A DNA stretch of 64,000 nt from an uncultured virus (IMG/VR IMGVR_UViG_3300017971_000212). Its lineage: Duplodnaviria > Heunggongvirae > Uroviricota > Caudoviricetes. Positions within the stretch are counted from its first letter, which is position 1; every line of letters starts with the position of its first letter. The position numbers and the translations under genes are program-made. The notes under the pieces were generated by a model that made no database searches, was not told where the DNA came from, and saw only the letters and a list, made by a program, of their open reading frames with translations. Positions 36,319 to 46,175 of this stretch are shown one piece after another. The stretch is taken from IMG/VR virus record IMGVR_UViG_3300017971_000212; one strand, given 5' to 3'.

Positions 36319-36666
36319 ATGGCCAAGCCAATCGAAATAGACGGCATCCTCTACCGAAAACGCCGGGGGAGGCTCGTGAAGATCCCCGACGAGTGGGTGG
36401 GCCGCACGGTCGGTTCCCGGACGATCCGCAGGAGGCACTCCAAGACCAGAGCCAAGGCCATCTACGGCAAGGTGAACCGAGCCAAGGACAAGGCCGCGAT
36501 GCGACGAGGCGAGGAGCCGCATCCGAAGAGCCGCAAGACGATAGGCTGCTGGCACCCGTTCTCGGGGCGCACCGACAGATACCGGAACAAGTACCGGACC
36601 CAACGATCGAGGAACACGAAACGACGAGACGACCACCAAGGAGACGCAGGAGACGTGGGGCAGTAG
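36319..36666 (+). CDS. basic hypothetical protein
   Basis: AGGA RBS; IEIDGILYR.RRGRLV.IP.EWVG. Confidence 0.6.
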   Translation: MAKPIEIDGILYRKRRGRLVKIPDEWVGRTVGSRTIRRRHSKTRAKAIYGKVNRAKDKAAMRRGEEPHPKSRKTIGCWHPFSGRTDRYRNKYRTQRSRNTKRRDDHQGDAGDVGQ

Positions 36667-36729
36667 CTCAGCTGGGAGAGCGCCACGTTCGCAACGTGGA
36701 AGTCGTGGGTTCGAATCCCACCTGCTCCA
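36657..36729 (+). tRNA. tRNA-Ala(CGC)
   Basis: CCACG-TTCGCAA-CGTGG; G3:U70. Confidence 0.93.
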
Positions 36730-36745
36730 CCGCACCATGACACAC

Positions 36746-36818
36746 GGGGCCATAGCTCAACTGGGAGAGCACCACGCTGGCAGCGTGGGGGTTCGGAGTT
36801 CAAATCTCCGTGGCTCCA
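36746..36818 (+). tRNA. tRNA-Ala(GGC)
   Basis: CCACG-CTGGCAG-CGTGG; G3:U70. Confidence 0.92.
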
Positions 36819-36880
36819 CATCGCTCATCAACGTCGAAAGGAACCAGAGGAAACATGTAACAAACGAGGAGGTCGTCATC

Positions 36881-37096
36881 ATGCGCACCGTACACGCAGA
36901 CATGAGCATGCGGAACCGAACCCGCGATTGGAAGATCCCGCTCGGGGGCAACACCGCCTCCCTGAGGGCCATCGCCAAGCCGGGGACGGTGGTTCGCGTG
37001 ACTGACGACGACATGGAAGTCGAGGCCCTGGTCGAGGTCAGCAACGGGATGCTCGTTGCTTCGCCGCGGTGGAAGACCCTGGCGTACGTCCACTGA
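36881..37096 (+). CDS. small hypothetical protein
   Basis: GGAGG RBS and ATG. Confidence 0.55.
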   Translation: MRTVHADMSMRNRTRDWKIPLGGNTASLRAIAKPGTVVRVTDDDMEVEALVEVSNGMLVASPRWKTLAYVH

Positions 37097-37172
37097 CTCG
37101 GGTCCGACAAGCAAGGAGGGCATGCCTATGACACGTACAGAACGATGGCGAGGCTGTCGATGACAGCCTCCA

Positions 37173-37245
37173 AGGGCGTTAGCTCAGCTGGTAGAGCAGC
37201 GGTCTCCAAAACCGCAGGTCGGGGGTTCGAGACCCTCACGCCCTG
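37173..37245 (+). tRNA. tRNA-Trp(CCA)
   Basis: GCGGT-CTCCAAA-ACCGC. Confidence 0.94.
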
Positions 37246-37306
37246 CTGAGTCCAAGTCGAGAAGAGTACTCGTGGTCTCGCCTCCCGCAAGAGATGCAAA
37301 AGACCA

Positions 37307-37378
37307 GGCTGGATAGTCAAGTGGCAAGACGCTCGGCCGCAACCCGAGAGATCGTCGGTTCGATTCCGACTCCAGCCT
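37307..37378 (+). tRNA. tRNA-Cys(GCA), C at position 33
   Basis: CTCGG-CCGCAAC-CCGAG; T73. Confidence 0.85.
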
Positions 37379-37418
37379 CAGTTGATCGAACCCAGAAAGA
37401 GGGTTATGATGGGGTTCG

Positions 37419-38072
37419 ATGGGACACCCTCAACAGGTCAAACAACGGGCGCGGCGATTGCGTCGGAAAGGATTCTCGCTCAACGAAATTAGTGCCAAGC
37501 TCCATATCGCAAAATCAACGGCATCTCTGTGGCTACGGGGAGTTGAGATTTCACGGCAGGGGCAACAAAGGCTTCACGCACGGGAGGAGAGAGGGCACGA
37601 GTACGGGTTACGTCGTGCCAAATCTCGGGTGCAGCGAAAATACCGAGCCGTGCGGCAGGAAGCCTATGAGGCAGGTAAAGCGTCACGTCTCACGAAACTC
37701 GACGCTTTGTGCGTGGGCCTCTATTGGGGAGAGGGTAACAAGTACGATCGACGGTGGGCTTTCTCGAACTCTGATCGGAAGACCGTGGAGTTGATGGTCA
37801 ACTGGGCTGTGCGTGCTGGTCAGAGACCGGATCAGTTTAAGGCTGTTGTACAAGTTCATCCAGAAGACGAAATCACAGATGGACGGGTGCGCCGGTTTTG
37901 GGCTAGGGCCGGGATTCCAAGACAGAATATCTCGGTCACTCGAATTCGTTCAAAGGGATCCAAGCGGGTTGTCAGGAACAGAACGCCTTACGGGACCTGT
38001 TCTCTACGGCCTATTAAAAACGGCGCAAGGCTCTTTAGCTACTACGAGGGCCAGAGAGACCAGACGCTCTGA
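37419..38072 (+). CDS. HTH plus LAGLIDADG-like protein of the type found beside tRNA genes
   Basis: LRRKGFSLNEI..KLHIAKSTASLWL; GLYWGEG.K...FSNSD; lower GC. Confidence 0.7.
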   Translation: MGHPQQVKQRARRLRRKGFSLNEISAKLHIAKSTASLWLRGVEISRQGQQRLHAREERGHEYGLRRAKSRVQRKYRAVRQEAYEAGKASRLTKLDALCVGLYWGEGNKYDRRWAFSNSDRKTVELMVNWAVRAGQRPDQFKAVVQVHPEDEITDGRVRRFWARAGIPRQNISVTRIRSKGSKRVVRNRTPYGTCSLRPIKNGARLFSYYEGQRDQTL

Positions 38073-38121
38073 GTCTCAAAAAGTCACGCCTTCGTGCTGG
38101 CGATGCTCCTGGAGAACTTTC

Positions 38122-38961
38122 CTAGCGACCCTTGAGGGTGCCACCTGCAACAGGTTCGGGCCAGCTTCCGTCCCACTCGTACTCGTCGAGCGAGTCGTAG
38201 GTCTCGGGTTCAGGACGCCCGGAGTTTGGCGCCTCGATCTCGTCGACCATGGCGTCCACGACCTCGGGATCGATGCCGAGCTCGTCGAGTTCCCAACCCT
38301 CGGGCACGATCTCGAGCTTGTCGATGTCGACGTTCAGGACGACCTCGTCCTCCGTCACGTTGCCGTTCGCGTCCCTCTCCTTCAGGAAAAAGGCGACCTG
38401 GGCGGTGCCGTCCTGGCTGATGTCATCGACGCACCCGACGCCGAGTTCTGGCTCTTCTGGCACGGTGACGGCCATCCCGATCTCGAGCAGGGGCTCCGCC
38501 TCGTCGGGCCACGGACCCGTGAGCCACTCGTCGGCGTCCCCGCTGAGTGTCCCCAGCGCCGTCCCGTTGGTCTTCTTGGGCTTCAGGGGCGACAGCTTCG
38601 GAGGCGGATGATGCCGGTCCTGCACCCGGAGCAGCTCGCTCCAGACGCGGTGCAGCGCGATCATGAAGCCGTCCGGCTGCGGATGCCTCGCCACCTCGTT
38701 CTTGAAATTCACGTAGTCGATCCCGAGCGCCGACCAGGCCACGAACTGCGCCCAGTCCTGGCGCGTGATGGTGACCCGCCAGTGGTAGTCGGCCGGATAC
38801 GGGGTCTCCACGATGGACGGCTTCTCCCGGTCCGAGAACGAGCTCACGATCTCCACGAGCCGCCTGGCGTGTGCCTTGGCACGGCAGCGGACCATGATCT
38901 TGCTCGAGTCGTCGCGGTGCTCGACCGCGCTGAAGAAGCCGTTAGGTGTAAAAATCCACAT
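38122..38961 (-). CDS. hypothetical protein with an acidic C-terminus
   Basis: MWIFT.NGFFSAV...MVR.R...ADY.WR...IDY.NFK. Confidence 0.75.
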   Translation of the reverse strand: MWIFTPNGFFSAVEHRDDSSKIMVRCRAKAHARRLVEIVSSFSDREKPSIVETPYPADYHWRVTITRQDWAQFVAWSALGIDYVNFKNEVARHPQPDGFMIALHRVWSELLRVQDRHHPPPKLSPLKPKKTNGTALGTLSGDADEWLTGPWPDEAEPLLEIGMAVTVPEEPELGVGCVDDISQDGTAQVAFFLKERDANGNVTEDEVVLNVDIDKLEIVPEGWELDELGIDPEVVDAMVDEIEAPNSGRPEPETYDSLDEYEWDGSWPEPVAGGTLKGR

Positions 38962-39081
38962 TCTCTCGTCTGTACCTCTCTTGAGTGGCCATCGCCGCCT
39001 GTTCCCTGCACGGAACTGCCGAAGATCTTACATTAAATCCCGAACGATCCGCGCGCGAGGCGCGCGGATAGGAGGAGAACG

Positions 39082-39534
39082 ATGACCCAGGCTATCAAAA
39101 CTACCTACGACACGCTGACTACCGACCTCCGTCGGGCTCCCGAAGGAGGTCGCACGGCCGCGCACTACCTTGAGCGGTGGCGGCGCAGGCACGGCCTCCT
39201 GGCCCAGCCCGGCGGAGGCCGAGTCGAGAAGTTCAGGCGAATCATCGCGCATCAGGACGTCTCCATCGCGGACATCGTCTCGGATCGTCTGCCGCGGGTC
39301 GTCGAGACCGAGTACCACTGGTACCGCTGGAACGTGGGCAAGGTGCTCTGCGTCTACTGCAACCGCGAACTCGACCGCGAGAGCCGGACGCGAGACCACG
39401 TCGTGCCCCGGGCGTGCGGTGGTGGGCAACTCGGGCGCGAGAACCTCCAGCCCGCCTGCCCCGAGTGCAACGCGAGCAAGGGTGACAGGACCCTGCTTGA
39501 GTTCCTCGCCACGAGGCGCGCCGTCGGGGAGTAG
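39082..39534 (+). CDS. HNH endonuclease
   Basis: CVYC...TRDHVVPR..GG...NLQPAC..CN.SKG. Confidence 0.88.
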   Translation: MTQAIKTTYDTLTTDLRRAPEGGRTAAHYLERWRRRHGLLAQPGGGRVEKFRRIIAHQDVSIADIVSDRLPRVVETEYHWYRWNVGKVLCVYCNRELDRESRTRDHVVPRACGGGQLGRENLQPACPECNASKGDRTLLEFLATRRAVGE

Positions 39535-39544
39535 AAGGAGGGAC

Positions 39545-39994
39545 ATGTTTGCAGCGAACCTCCGATGGAGTCCCGTCCGGCTCGAGAGCCGGCGGATCAG
39601 CAAGAACCGCCACGAGATCTTCCGTGACGACAGGAGCTGCGGGTTCGTGGAGCGTTACCAGGGGACGTGGCGCAGTCGTGTCCCGGAGTCTTGGACCCCG
39701 CAAGGCGACTGCCGGGACCATCCGAGCTGGATCGCGGCCGTCCTTCGCCTCGCGCGCTACTCGATGATCTGGACGAGCAGTGACGGCCCACAGGACCACG
39801 GACTCGTGCGCATGCTGCGAGTCAACTGCGGCACCGCCTGGTACACGGTGATCGCGAAGGGTGATCGACGCTACGTCTACGAGGACGCCAGCGTCTCCGA
39901 GCAGCCGCGGGGTCGGGATCAGGCGGTGATCTGGAAAGTGTTCAGGACCGCCGAGGCCCATCTCCGTGACCACCCTCTCCGCGAGGCGAGCTGA
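39545..39994 (+). CDS. hypothetical protein
   Basis: AGGAGG RBS. Confidence 0.6.
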   Translation: MFAANLRWSPVRLESRRISKNRHEIFRDDRSCGFVERYQGTWRSRVPESWTPQGDCRDHPSWIAAVLRLARYSMIWTSSDGPQDHGLVRMLRVNCGTAWYTVIAKGDRRYVYEDASVSEQPRGRDQAVIWKVFRTAEAHLRDHPLREAS

Positions 39995-40006
39995 CGGATC
40001 GACAGA

Positions 40007-40348
40007 CTACCAGTCGGGTCCGTCGCGTCGGGGATGGCGCCCGCGAGACCTGTCGTCGCGGGGTCCTCCGCCTCCTCGACCTCCGCGGCCTCCGCCCAAC
40101 CCCTTGTCCTGTGCCTCGTCGACGCGGACGTTGCGTCCGTCGACGGGGGCACCGTCCATCTCCTTGATCGCCGCTTGAACCGACGAGGGATCGGTGAAGG
40201 TCACGAAGCCGAAGCCGCGCGAGCGCCCAGTGTCCCGGTCGGTGATCACCTTGGCCTCGGTGATGTCCCCGAATCGGATGAATGCGTTGCGGAGGCCGTC
40301 GTCGTCCGTGTCCCAGCTCAAGCCGCCGACGAAGATCTTGTTGGTCAT
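40007..40348 (-). CDS. RRM RNA-binding protein with an RGG tail
   Basis: KIFVGGLSW (RNP2), RSRGFGFVTF (RNP1). Confidence 0.93.
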   Translation of the reverse strand: MTNKIFVGGLSWDTDDDGLRNAFIRFGDITEAKVITDRDTGRSRGFGFVTFTDPSSVQAAIKEMDGAPVDGRNVRVDEAQDKGLGGGRGGRGGGGPRDDRSRGRHPRRDGPDW

Positions 40349-40520
40349 CTCTGCTCTCTGTCTCCTCAGGGGCGTCGGCCCCTCGGTTCCTTCCTTATAC
40401 GCCCGGAGACCCATCGTGAAAATCCGAAGGGGTCCTGAGACGCCAGGCGCCCCTCAGATGCCGGATTTCGCGACGAGAGGGGGCCTCGCCTCGCGATCCT
40501 CCGAGCGTAAAACCCACACC

Positions 40521-41147
40521 ATGGCCGATTCCTCAGATGCCCCGAAGCAGATGTCCCTCTCTGACGTTCCCGTGGTGTTCCTCGACGTGGAGACCACCGG
40601 ACTGGACGCGACGGTCCACGAGATAATCGAGATCGGGATCGTCGACGTCCCTGGAGCTGTCTTGCTCGACCAGAAGTACACCCCGCAGGACCTCTCGGTC
40701 GCCACCGAGGAGGCTCTCACGATCAATGGCTACAAGGATCATCCCGAATTGTGGGACGGCGCCCCGACGCTCGACGCGGCCGAGGCGACGAGGATCCTCG
40801 ACGTTCTCGACGGCAAGCTCGTCGTCGCCCAGAAGCCCTACTTCGATCTCGGGTTCGTGCGGGAGGCCTTGAGGCGCGCTGGTGTCGATGCGTCGAGTCT
40901 GCGACGTCACGCCATCGATACGACGACTCTGATCTGGGAGCACCTCACGCCCTGCGGAATAGAGAAACTCAGTCTTGAACCCGCGTGCGAGTTCCTCAGC
41001 ATCCCGCTCGACCGCGGGGAGAGACACTCGGCCCTGAGGGACGCCCAGGCGGTGCGCGTGGTCTACCTCATGCTCCTGCGGGCGACCGAGGAGCAGCGCT
41101 TCGGATGGCGCGACCAGTTCCGGCAGCGCCAGCTATCTAGGGAATAG
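40521..41147 (+). CDS. DEDDh 3'-5' exonuclease (DnaQ-like)
   Basis: FLDVETTGL, HEIIEIG, FD..F, IDT, HSAL.DA. Confidence 0.9.
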   Translation: MADSSDAPKQMSLSDVPVVFLDVETTGLDATVHEIIEIGIVDVPGAVLLDQKYTPQDLSVATEEALTINGYKDHPELWDGAPTLDAAEATRILDVLDGKLVVAQKPYFDLGFVREALRRAGVDASSLRRHAIDTTTLIWEHLTPCGIEKLSLEPACEFLSIPLDRGERHSALRDAQAVRVVYLMLLRATEEQRFGWRDQFRQRQLSRE

Positions 41148-41163
41148 GTCGGACCGGCTGCGC

Positions 41164-42429
41164 CTAGGATTCCCCGGTCGGGTCCAGGAAATCCATCAGG
41201 GCCATGCCTTCCGTCGCGGGGAGATCAGGCGCATCAGGCTTCGGGGGTTCGGGTGTCTCAGGCGGCCCACTTGTCGGGGTTTCAGGCGCTTCCGGGTCGT
41301 CGTCTAGCGCTGTCTCGTGAAGCTCCGCGGCGAGCTTCTCAAGGCCGTCCCAGTCCCACAGCGGCGCCTTAGCGTCCTGTACTCGGGGCGCCACGTCGGT
41401 CAGGACCTCCTCGGGGAACTGATCCAGGCCCACGTGGGCGCCGACCATCGCCCCCGCCATGGCCGCCGTCGTGTCCGTGTCTCCCCCCGCCGCGACGGCC
41501 AGCGTGACCGCCTTCCAGACGTCGGTCGGGTACGCCATGACGCAGTAGAGGCTCCAGAGAACGGAGGACCGCGCCCACGGGCTCACGCCGCTCCACCTCG
41601 GGTCGTCACCCTCCTTCACGAACTTCAGCGCATCCGCGGCCTCCTCATCGCAGCCTGGCACGCGGCCGCGCTTCTTGCGACCTTCGAACACCATCTGCGC
41701 CAGGTCCTGGATGTCTCGGCCGAGCTCCTCGAACTCGGGAACCTTCTCGGCGCGTCCGACGAACCTCGCGAGCCACGACCACCATCCGAGCTCATGTGGC
41801 GCGCTGGTGTCTCGACTCGCATTGACGCACATGGCGACGGCCGTCGCGACGGCGAGCGCGCCCGCGAGCGCCATCGGGGCCCGGTGCGTGATGATCGACT
41901 GCTCGAGCGAGACCGTTGCCAGCGCCTCGAAGTCGTTCCAGTGGAACAGGCCCACGGGCGCCGCCCGCATGGCCGCGCCGTTCCCGGCGCGAGGAGGAGG
42001 CGTCCCGGCCTGGTCCCAGAGCGCGCCGTCGAGCAGCCGTATCGCGGCCTCCTGGGTGGCCCTCCCGTATCCCACGACCTGGTCGTTGGCGAACAGGCGC
42101 GCGATCCTGTCCGCGAAGTCCTGGGGCACCCACCCTCCCTCGTCGATCAGCGAGAGGGCCAGCTCGCGGGTGAGCTGCGTGTCGTCCGTGTACTGGCCGA
42201 AGGGAACTCCGTGGTGATGGCTCCCGACCTTCGAGAAGTCGAACTTGGCGACGAAGTGCCGGGCGTAGTCCCTAGCCTCGTCCGCGGGTCGCGTCTCCGC
42301 CCAGGCGCCGACCACGTCCCCGAGCGCGCAGCCCAGGATGCAGCCCTTGAACCGCTCGACGCGCGGGGGCTCGGGCGCGGTCGTCTCGATGAGTTCGCCC
42401 ACCTTGGTGTCGATTTCACGAACCGTCAT
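41164..42429 (-). CDS. ADP-ribosylglycohydrolase (ARH/DraG family)
   Basis: GCALGD..G, GQYTDDTQ, GNGAAMR, ITH, GGDTDT.AAMAGAM.GA. Confidence 0.95.
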   Translation of the reverse strand: MTVREIDTKVGELIETTAPEPPRVERFKGCILGCALGDVVGAWAETRPADEARDYARHFVAKFDFSKVGSHHHGVPFGQYTDDTQLTRELALSLIDEGGWVPQDFADRIARLFANDQVVGYGRATQEAAIRLLDGALWDQAGTPPPRAGNGAAMRAAPVGLFHWNDFEALATVSLEQSIITHRAPMALAGALAVATAVAMCVNASRDTSAPHELGWWSWLARFVGRAEKVPEFEELGRDIQDLAQMVFEGRKKRGRVPGCDEEAADALKFVKEGDDPRWSGVSPWARSSVLWSLYCVMAYPTDVWKAVTLAVAAGGDTDTTAAMAGAMVGAHVGLDQFPEEVLTDVAPRVQDAKAPLWDWDGLEKLAAELHETALDDDPEAPETPTSGPPETPEPPKPDAPDLPATEGMALMDFLDPTGES

Positions 42430-42438
42430 CGTCTCATC

Positions 42439-42669
42439 CTACTCCTCCACGACCTCGTACCTGTACGGCCTCGAGCTGCCGGGGACGAGCCGGATCCGGT
42501 CACCGAGTCCCTGGAGGCGTCTCTCTACCCAGCTCCTCGTCGCCTTCTTCGGGTCTAGGGCGTCCGGGTTCGGCGTGTAGCGTTCGGCGATCTCGCGGAC
42601 GGTGCAGCCGGGATGAGCCTTGACGTAGAGGAGGACTATCTCGCGGTCCATCTCGGAGCGCCTGATCAC
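42439..42669 (-). CDS. small winged-helix-like protein
   Basis: YVKAHPGCTVREIA; lies in the operon. Confidence 0.55.
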   Translation of the reverse strand: MIRRSEMDREIVLLYVKAHPGCTVREIAERYTPNPDALDPKKATRSWVERRLQGLGDRIRLVPGSSRPYRYEVVEE

Positions 42670-43412
42670 GAGACCTCCTCCGGGAACCTGTAGAGTTTCG
42701 GGGGGCGTCCGGCACCGCGCAGCTCCTTCTCGGCGCCGACGGCGACGAATCGGCCGTCCTCCACCATCCGGCGGAAGCGCTTCGAGAAGTTCGAGGCGTC
42801 GTACGTCTCGCCCTTGACGATCTCGTGGACGCGCCGGAACTCCTTCTGCGTGAACTCGGCTGGCAGGAGACCCCGCGCGATTCTCGGGTCGTAGTCGATT
42901 TTGCCCCGGATGCGCTCAAGGGCCATGGCTAGGATCTTCTCGTGGTCGAAGGCCAGCACGACGGGGTTGTCCTCATCGTAAGCGTGGCTTCCGATGATGG
43001 GGAACCAGCCGGCGGCGACGGTGTCGTCCCCGCCCCGGGGACGCACGCGAGGGGCGACGTCGGGGGCTACGAGGGCGTAGTGGGCGATGGAGATCACCCG
43101 GCCTCGAGGGTCGCGGTCGGGCTCCGCGAAGGTGTAGAGCTGCTCCATGAAGACGCCGTCGCGCTCCGCCCTGAGTCCGGTCTCCTCCTCGAGTTCCCGC
43201 TCGGCGGCGGCGCGGCCGCTTTCACCCTGGTCGCCCTCGGGCACGTAGCCCACCCCGACCTCGATGAAGCCGCCGGGGAGGGCGTGGCAGCCCTCGAAAG
43301 GTTCGTCTCCGCGTTCGATGAGCAGGACGTTCAGCTCGCCGCGCTTGGAAAGGGTGAAGATCACCATGTCCACCGTCACGGCGGGGAGGGGGTACTTGTA
43401 GGCGTGGCTCAA
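42666..43412 (-). CDS. nrtR: NrtR-type Nudix (ADP-ribose) hydrolase / regulator
   Basis: LPGGF...GES..AAAERELEEETGL, RDPRGRVIS, LAFDH, C-terminal wHTH (NF.KR...GRPPKLYRF). Confidence 0.9.
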   Translation of the reverse strand: MSHAYKYPLPAVTVDMVIFTLSKRGELNVLLIERGDEPFEGCHALPGGFIEVGVGYVPEGDQGESGRAAAERELEEETGLRAERDGVFMEQLYTFAEPDRDPRGRVISIAHYALVAPDVAPRVRPRGGDDTVAAGWFPIIGSHAYDEDNPVVLAFDHEKILAMALERIRGKIDYDPRIARGLLPAEFTQKEFRRVHEIVKGETYDASNFSKRFRRMVEDGRFVAVGAEKELRGAGRPPKLYRFPEEVS

Positions 43413-43942
43413 CTCGACCCCTCCTCGTCACGTCTGCGTGCCCTCTCTTGGAAGTCATCGATGGCGCGGGTGCGCTCGTCGCCCAGACCGAGCACGCGAG
43501 CCTCCTCTGCGGTCACGTCGAGGATGAGGAGCTTCTCGCGCAGGTGCGGGGAGTCGGGGTTGGAGAAACCGAGGCGCTGCTCCGCCGCCGCCTTCTCCTC
43601 ATCGTGAGGGAGTCCGAGGGTCTTCCTCCACGGGTCGGGGAGGCGCTCCATCGCGGCGGCGCGCACCTCCTCGTCGGAGTCTCCGTAGACGTTGATCTTG
43701 GTGACGGTGGTCTTGCTGGTACCGGGGTCGTCGTCGACCGTCGCCCGGTCGGCGCACAAAACGTCGCCGTCGTCCATGACGATGACGTCGTACTCCCAGA
43801 CTCGCCCCTGTCGGGCGCCTCCGTCGTTGGTGATGACGCGTTCGGCGGTCTTGCGGCTCCAGTACCATCCTTGGTGCATGTGCCCTATCCGCTCGAAGGC
43901 GGGCACGATTGCGCGATAGACCGTCCTGATCTCGTAGCTCAT
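43409..43942 (-). CDS. hypothetical protein
   Basis: Translationally coupled within the operon. Confidence 0.65.
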   Translation of the reverse strand: MSYEIRTVYRAIVPAFERIGHMHQGWYWSRKTAERVITNDGGARQGRVWEYDVIVMDDGDVLCADRATVDDDPGTSKTTVTKINVYGDSDEEVRAAAMERLPDPWRKTLGLPHDEEKAAAEQRLGFSNPDSPHLREKLLILDVTAEEARVLGLGDERTRAIDDFQERARRRDEEGSS

Positions 43943-44490
43943 GATGCCTCCCTGTAGAGCCGGTGCATCTCGATGTACCTGGCCACGCCGGGCGGGACGT
44001 GACGCACCCACGCGGGGTCGCCGTGCTGGATCATCTCCCGGATGACGGACGCGCGGGTCCCGGCCTCGGGCACCTCGTAGAACCCGAACTCGCGCCTGAT
44101 GTCCTCCACGCCCTCCCACCGGTCGAGTTCCCCGAGGATGTCGGGACCGATGACGAACCGAAACTCGAGCGGTTGGGTCCCTGGGTCGCGTCTCTGGAGT
44201 TCGCGCAGCAGCTCGATCGTGAGAATCGGGCCCGGCTGTTTTCGGAGCATGTGGAGCTCCATCATCGACACGGCCGCGGGCATCTCCGTCTCGGGCCGCG
44301 GCTCTAGTGCGAGCGTGGCCATGTTCACGCGGTGCTCGTAGGGGGACACCCTAGCCTTGAAGGCGTGCGCGATGGAGGGAACGACGAGGATGGCGTCGAA
44401 GTCACCGTGGTCGGCCGCGTGTCGGACCACGTTGAGGTGGCCGTTGTGGAACGGGTTGAACGATCCCCCGTAGACGGCGACGCGTTTCAT
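43939..44490 (-). CDS. nadD: nicotinate-nucleotide adenylyltransferase (NadD-like)
   Basis: YGGSFNPFHNGH, HAFK, HR.NM, T..LL, FVIG.D, W, divergent SS.IR. Confidence 0.88.
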   Translation of the reverse strand: MKRVAVYGGSFNPFHNGHLNVVRHAADHGDFDAILVVPSIAHAFKARVSPYEHRVNMATLALEPRPETEMPAAVSMMELHMLRKQPGPILTIELLRELQRRDPGTQPLEFRFVIGPDILGELDRWEGVEDIRREFGFYEVPEAGTRASVIREMIQHGDPAWVRHVPPGVARYIEMHRLYREAS

Positions 44491-46175
44491 TTCATCCTCA
44501 TCCTGTAGAGTTTGGTGCCCCGGTGGAACAGCACGGTGCCCCCGTCCTTGAGGAGCCGCATGTCGCCCCCGAGCACGGGGTCGCTTATGGTCTTCACGGA
44601 CTTGCTGCCCCTCCGGGCGGAGAAGAGTTCGAGCTGCTCGTCCTCGTTCAGGCAGACGCAGACGCCGGAGTCGAGCGTCACGAAGTTGAGGTCGGTCGGG
44701 CTCACGTCCTCGATCCGGCGCACGTCGTACTTCGCGTACCCCTCGTCGAAGCGGAACACGAGGCGGTGGTAGGCGCCGTCCTCGGCCGCGAGGACCATGA
44801 GGACTCCCCCGTCGTGCTTCGCCTGGAGCACCTTGTGCCCCTTGAGCTCAGGCACCATGAGCTGGTGGCACGTGCCTGCCTTCGGAAAGATGCTGACATG
44901 GGGTTCTCCGAGGAGGCTCTGAATCGCGACTCCCTCGTAGAGGCGGCAGGCGTGTTCGAGCACGTTCGCCGCGAGCCGGGTCGACGCGAACACGCGGTTC
45001 CCGGCCTCGGTGACCGTGACCTCGAGGATCTTGTCGCGGCTGCGCACGTAGACCGTGTCGTTCGCCGCCCTGGTCTCGCCTTCGGGCAGCATGGTGTCGA
45101 GCGTCTTGCCGGTCACGAGGTCCAGGAGACCCGTACTCAGGCCGGGACCGCCGAGGGCCGCGACCGGGTGCCCGTGTCTCGGCGTGAAGCCGACCACGAG
45201 GGACCCGGCCCAGCTCCCGGCGCCTCGTCGGTCGAGGAACACGTCGGTCCCGCAGTGGACCACGGTGTGCCCCGCGCCGAGGAACGCGGAGCGGATCTGC
45301 TCCTCGAACTCCGCGATCTCCGTGATCTCGAAGTTGTCGGTGCCCGCGATCTTGCGGACGACGGGCCGCAGCGTGATGACCTGGACGGCCTCGTCGGGGG
45401 GCGCGTGCCGTCCGTGACGCACGAACACGTCCTCGTACCAGTCTCGGTACCCGTCGGGGATGACGTCCAGGGCGTAGGCCGTGTGCGGAACCTTGACCTC
45501 CGAGTCGAACAGGGAGATCCCGGCCTTCATGCGCTCCTCGAGCCCCTTCACCGTCGGGTGCTTGCCCTTGTAGGGGTGGATGCCCACGAAGATCTGGAAG
45601 CTCACCACCGCGAAGGAGAACCAGTCGGTCTCCTCGCTGAAGTCGAGTCCCCTCATCCTCGGGTCGCGCACGGAAGGCATGATGGCGGACGCCGGATAGC
45701 GCGGCGTCTGGTAGCTGTCCACGTCGATGGCGTACGGGGTCCTGAAGTCCCTGCTCACGAGGTAATTCATCTCGTTGAGGTCCACCACGAGCACGCTCGC
45801 CCGGTGGACCGCCTGGACGCTCTTCTGGAGGGCCTGGACGAGCGCGAGCGCCTTCGTGGGGTCGAACCCTTCCCGCTCTCGGAAGGCGCGGGGAAAGAGC
45901 TGGCAGAGCGTCCAGGCGTCCTTCACGAAGCGGAACGTGTGTCCGATGTGGAGGCCTTTCTTGCCCCTGTAGAGCGGCTCGAGCGGCCTGAGGACGTGGG
46001 GGTCCGTGATGCTCGCGAGGTCCTGGATCTTGCCGACCGGAACGGCCCTGGCCGGGTCATGGTAGATCTTGTAGCCGGTCTTGCCGCGCGCGAAGACCTT
46101 GCCCTCGCCGCCCTCCGCGACGAAGTGGCTCTTGTTGAGGGTGACCTCGCCGGAGCCCTTGACGTAGACCTTCAC
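44487..46175 (-). CDS. Ser/Thr protein kinase-like protein with a long beta-rich C-terminal region
   Basis: EGGEGKVF, YKIY, VDLNEMN.LV, IDVDS, TDWFSFAV...G.HPY; the GTG start overlaps the PP2C stop. Confidence 0.85.
   Translation of the reverse strand: MKVYVKGSGEVTLNKSHFVAEGGEGKVFARGKTGYKIYHDPARAVPVGKIQDLASITDPHVLRPLEPLYRGKKGLHIGHTFRFVKDAWTLCQLFPRAFREREGFDPTKALALVQALQKSVQAVHRASVLVVDLNEMNYLVSRDFRTPYAIDVDSYQTPRYPASAIMPSVRDPRMRGLDFSEETDWFSFAVVSFQIFVGIHPYKGKHPTVKGLEERMKAGISLFDSEVKVPHTAYALDVIPDGYRDWYEDVFVRHGRHAPPDEAVQVITLRPVVRKIAGTDNFEITEIAEFEEQIRSAFLGAGHTVVHCGTDVFLDRRGAGSWAGSLVVGFTPRHGHPVAALGGPGLSTGLLDLVTGKTLDTMLPEGETRAANDTVYVRSRDKILEVTVTEAGNRVFASTRLAANVLEHACRLYEGVAIQSLLGEPHVSIFPKAGTCHQLMVPELKGHKVLQAKHDGGVLMVLAAEDGAYHRLVFRFDEGYAKYDVRRIEDVSPTDLNFVTLDSGVCVCLNEDEQLELFSARRGSKSVKTISDPVLGGDMRLLKDGGTVLFHRGTKLYRMRMK

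Noticed and set aside
37307..37378. C33 in tRNA-Cys as evidence of a special function
   Set aside because: It is a single deviation in an otherwise normal tRNA and could be a tolerated variant or a sequencing error.
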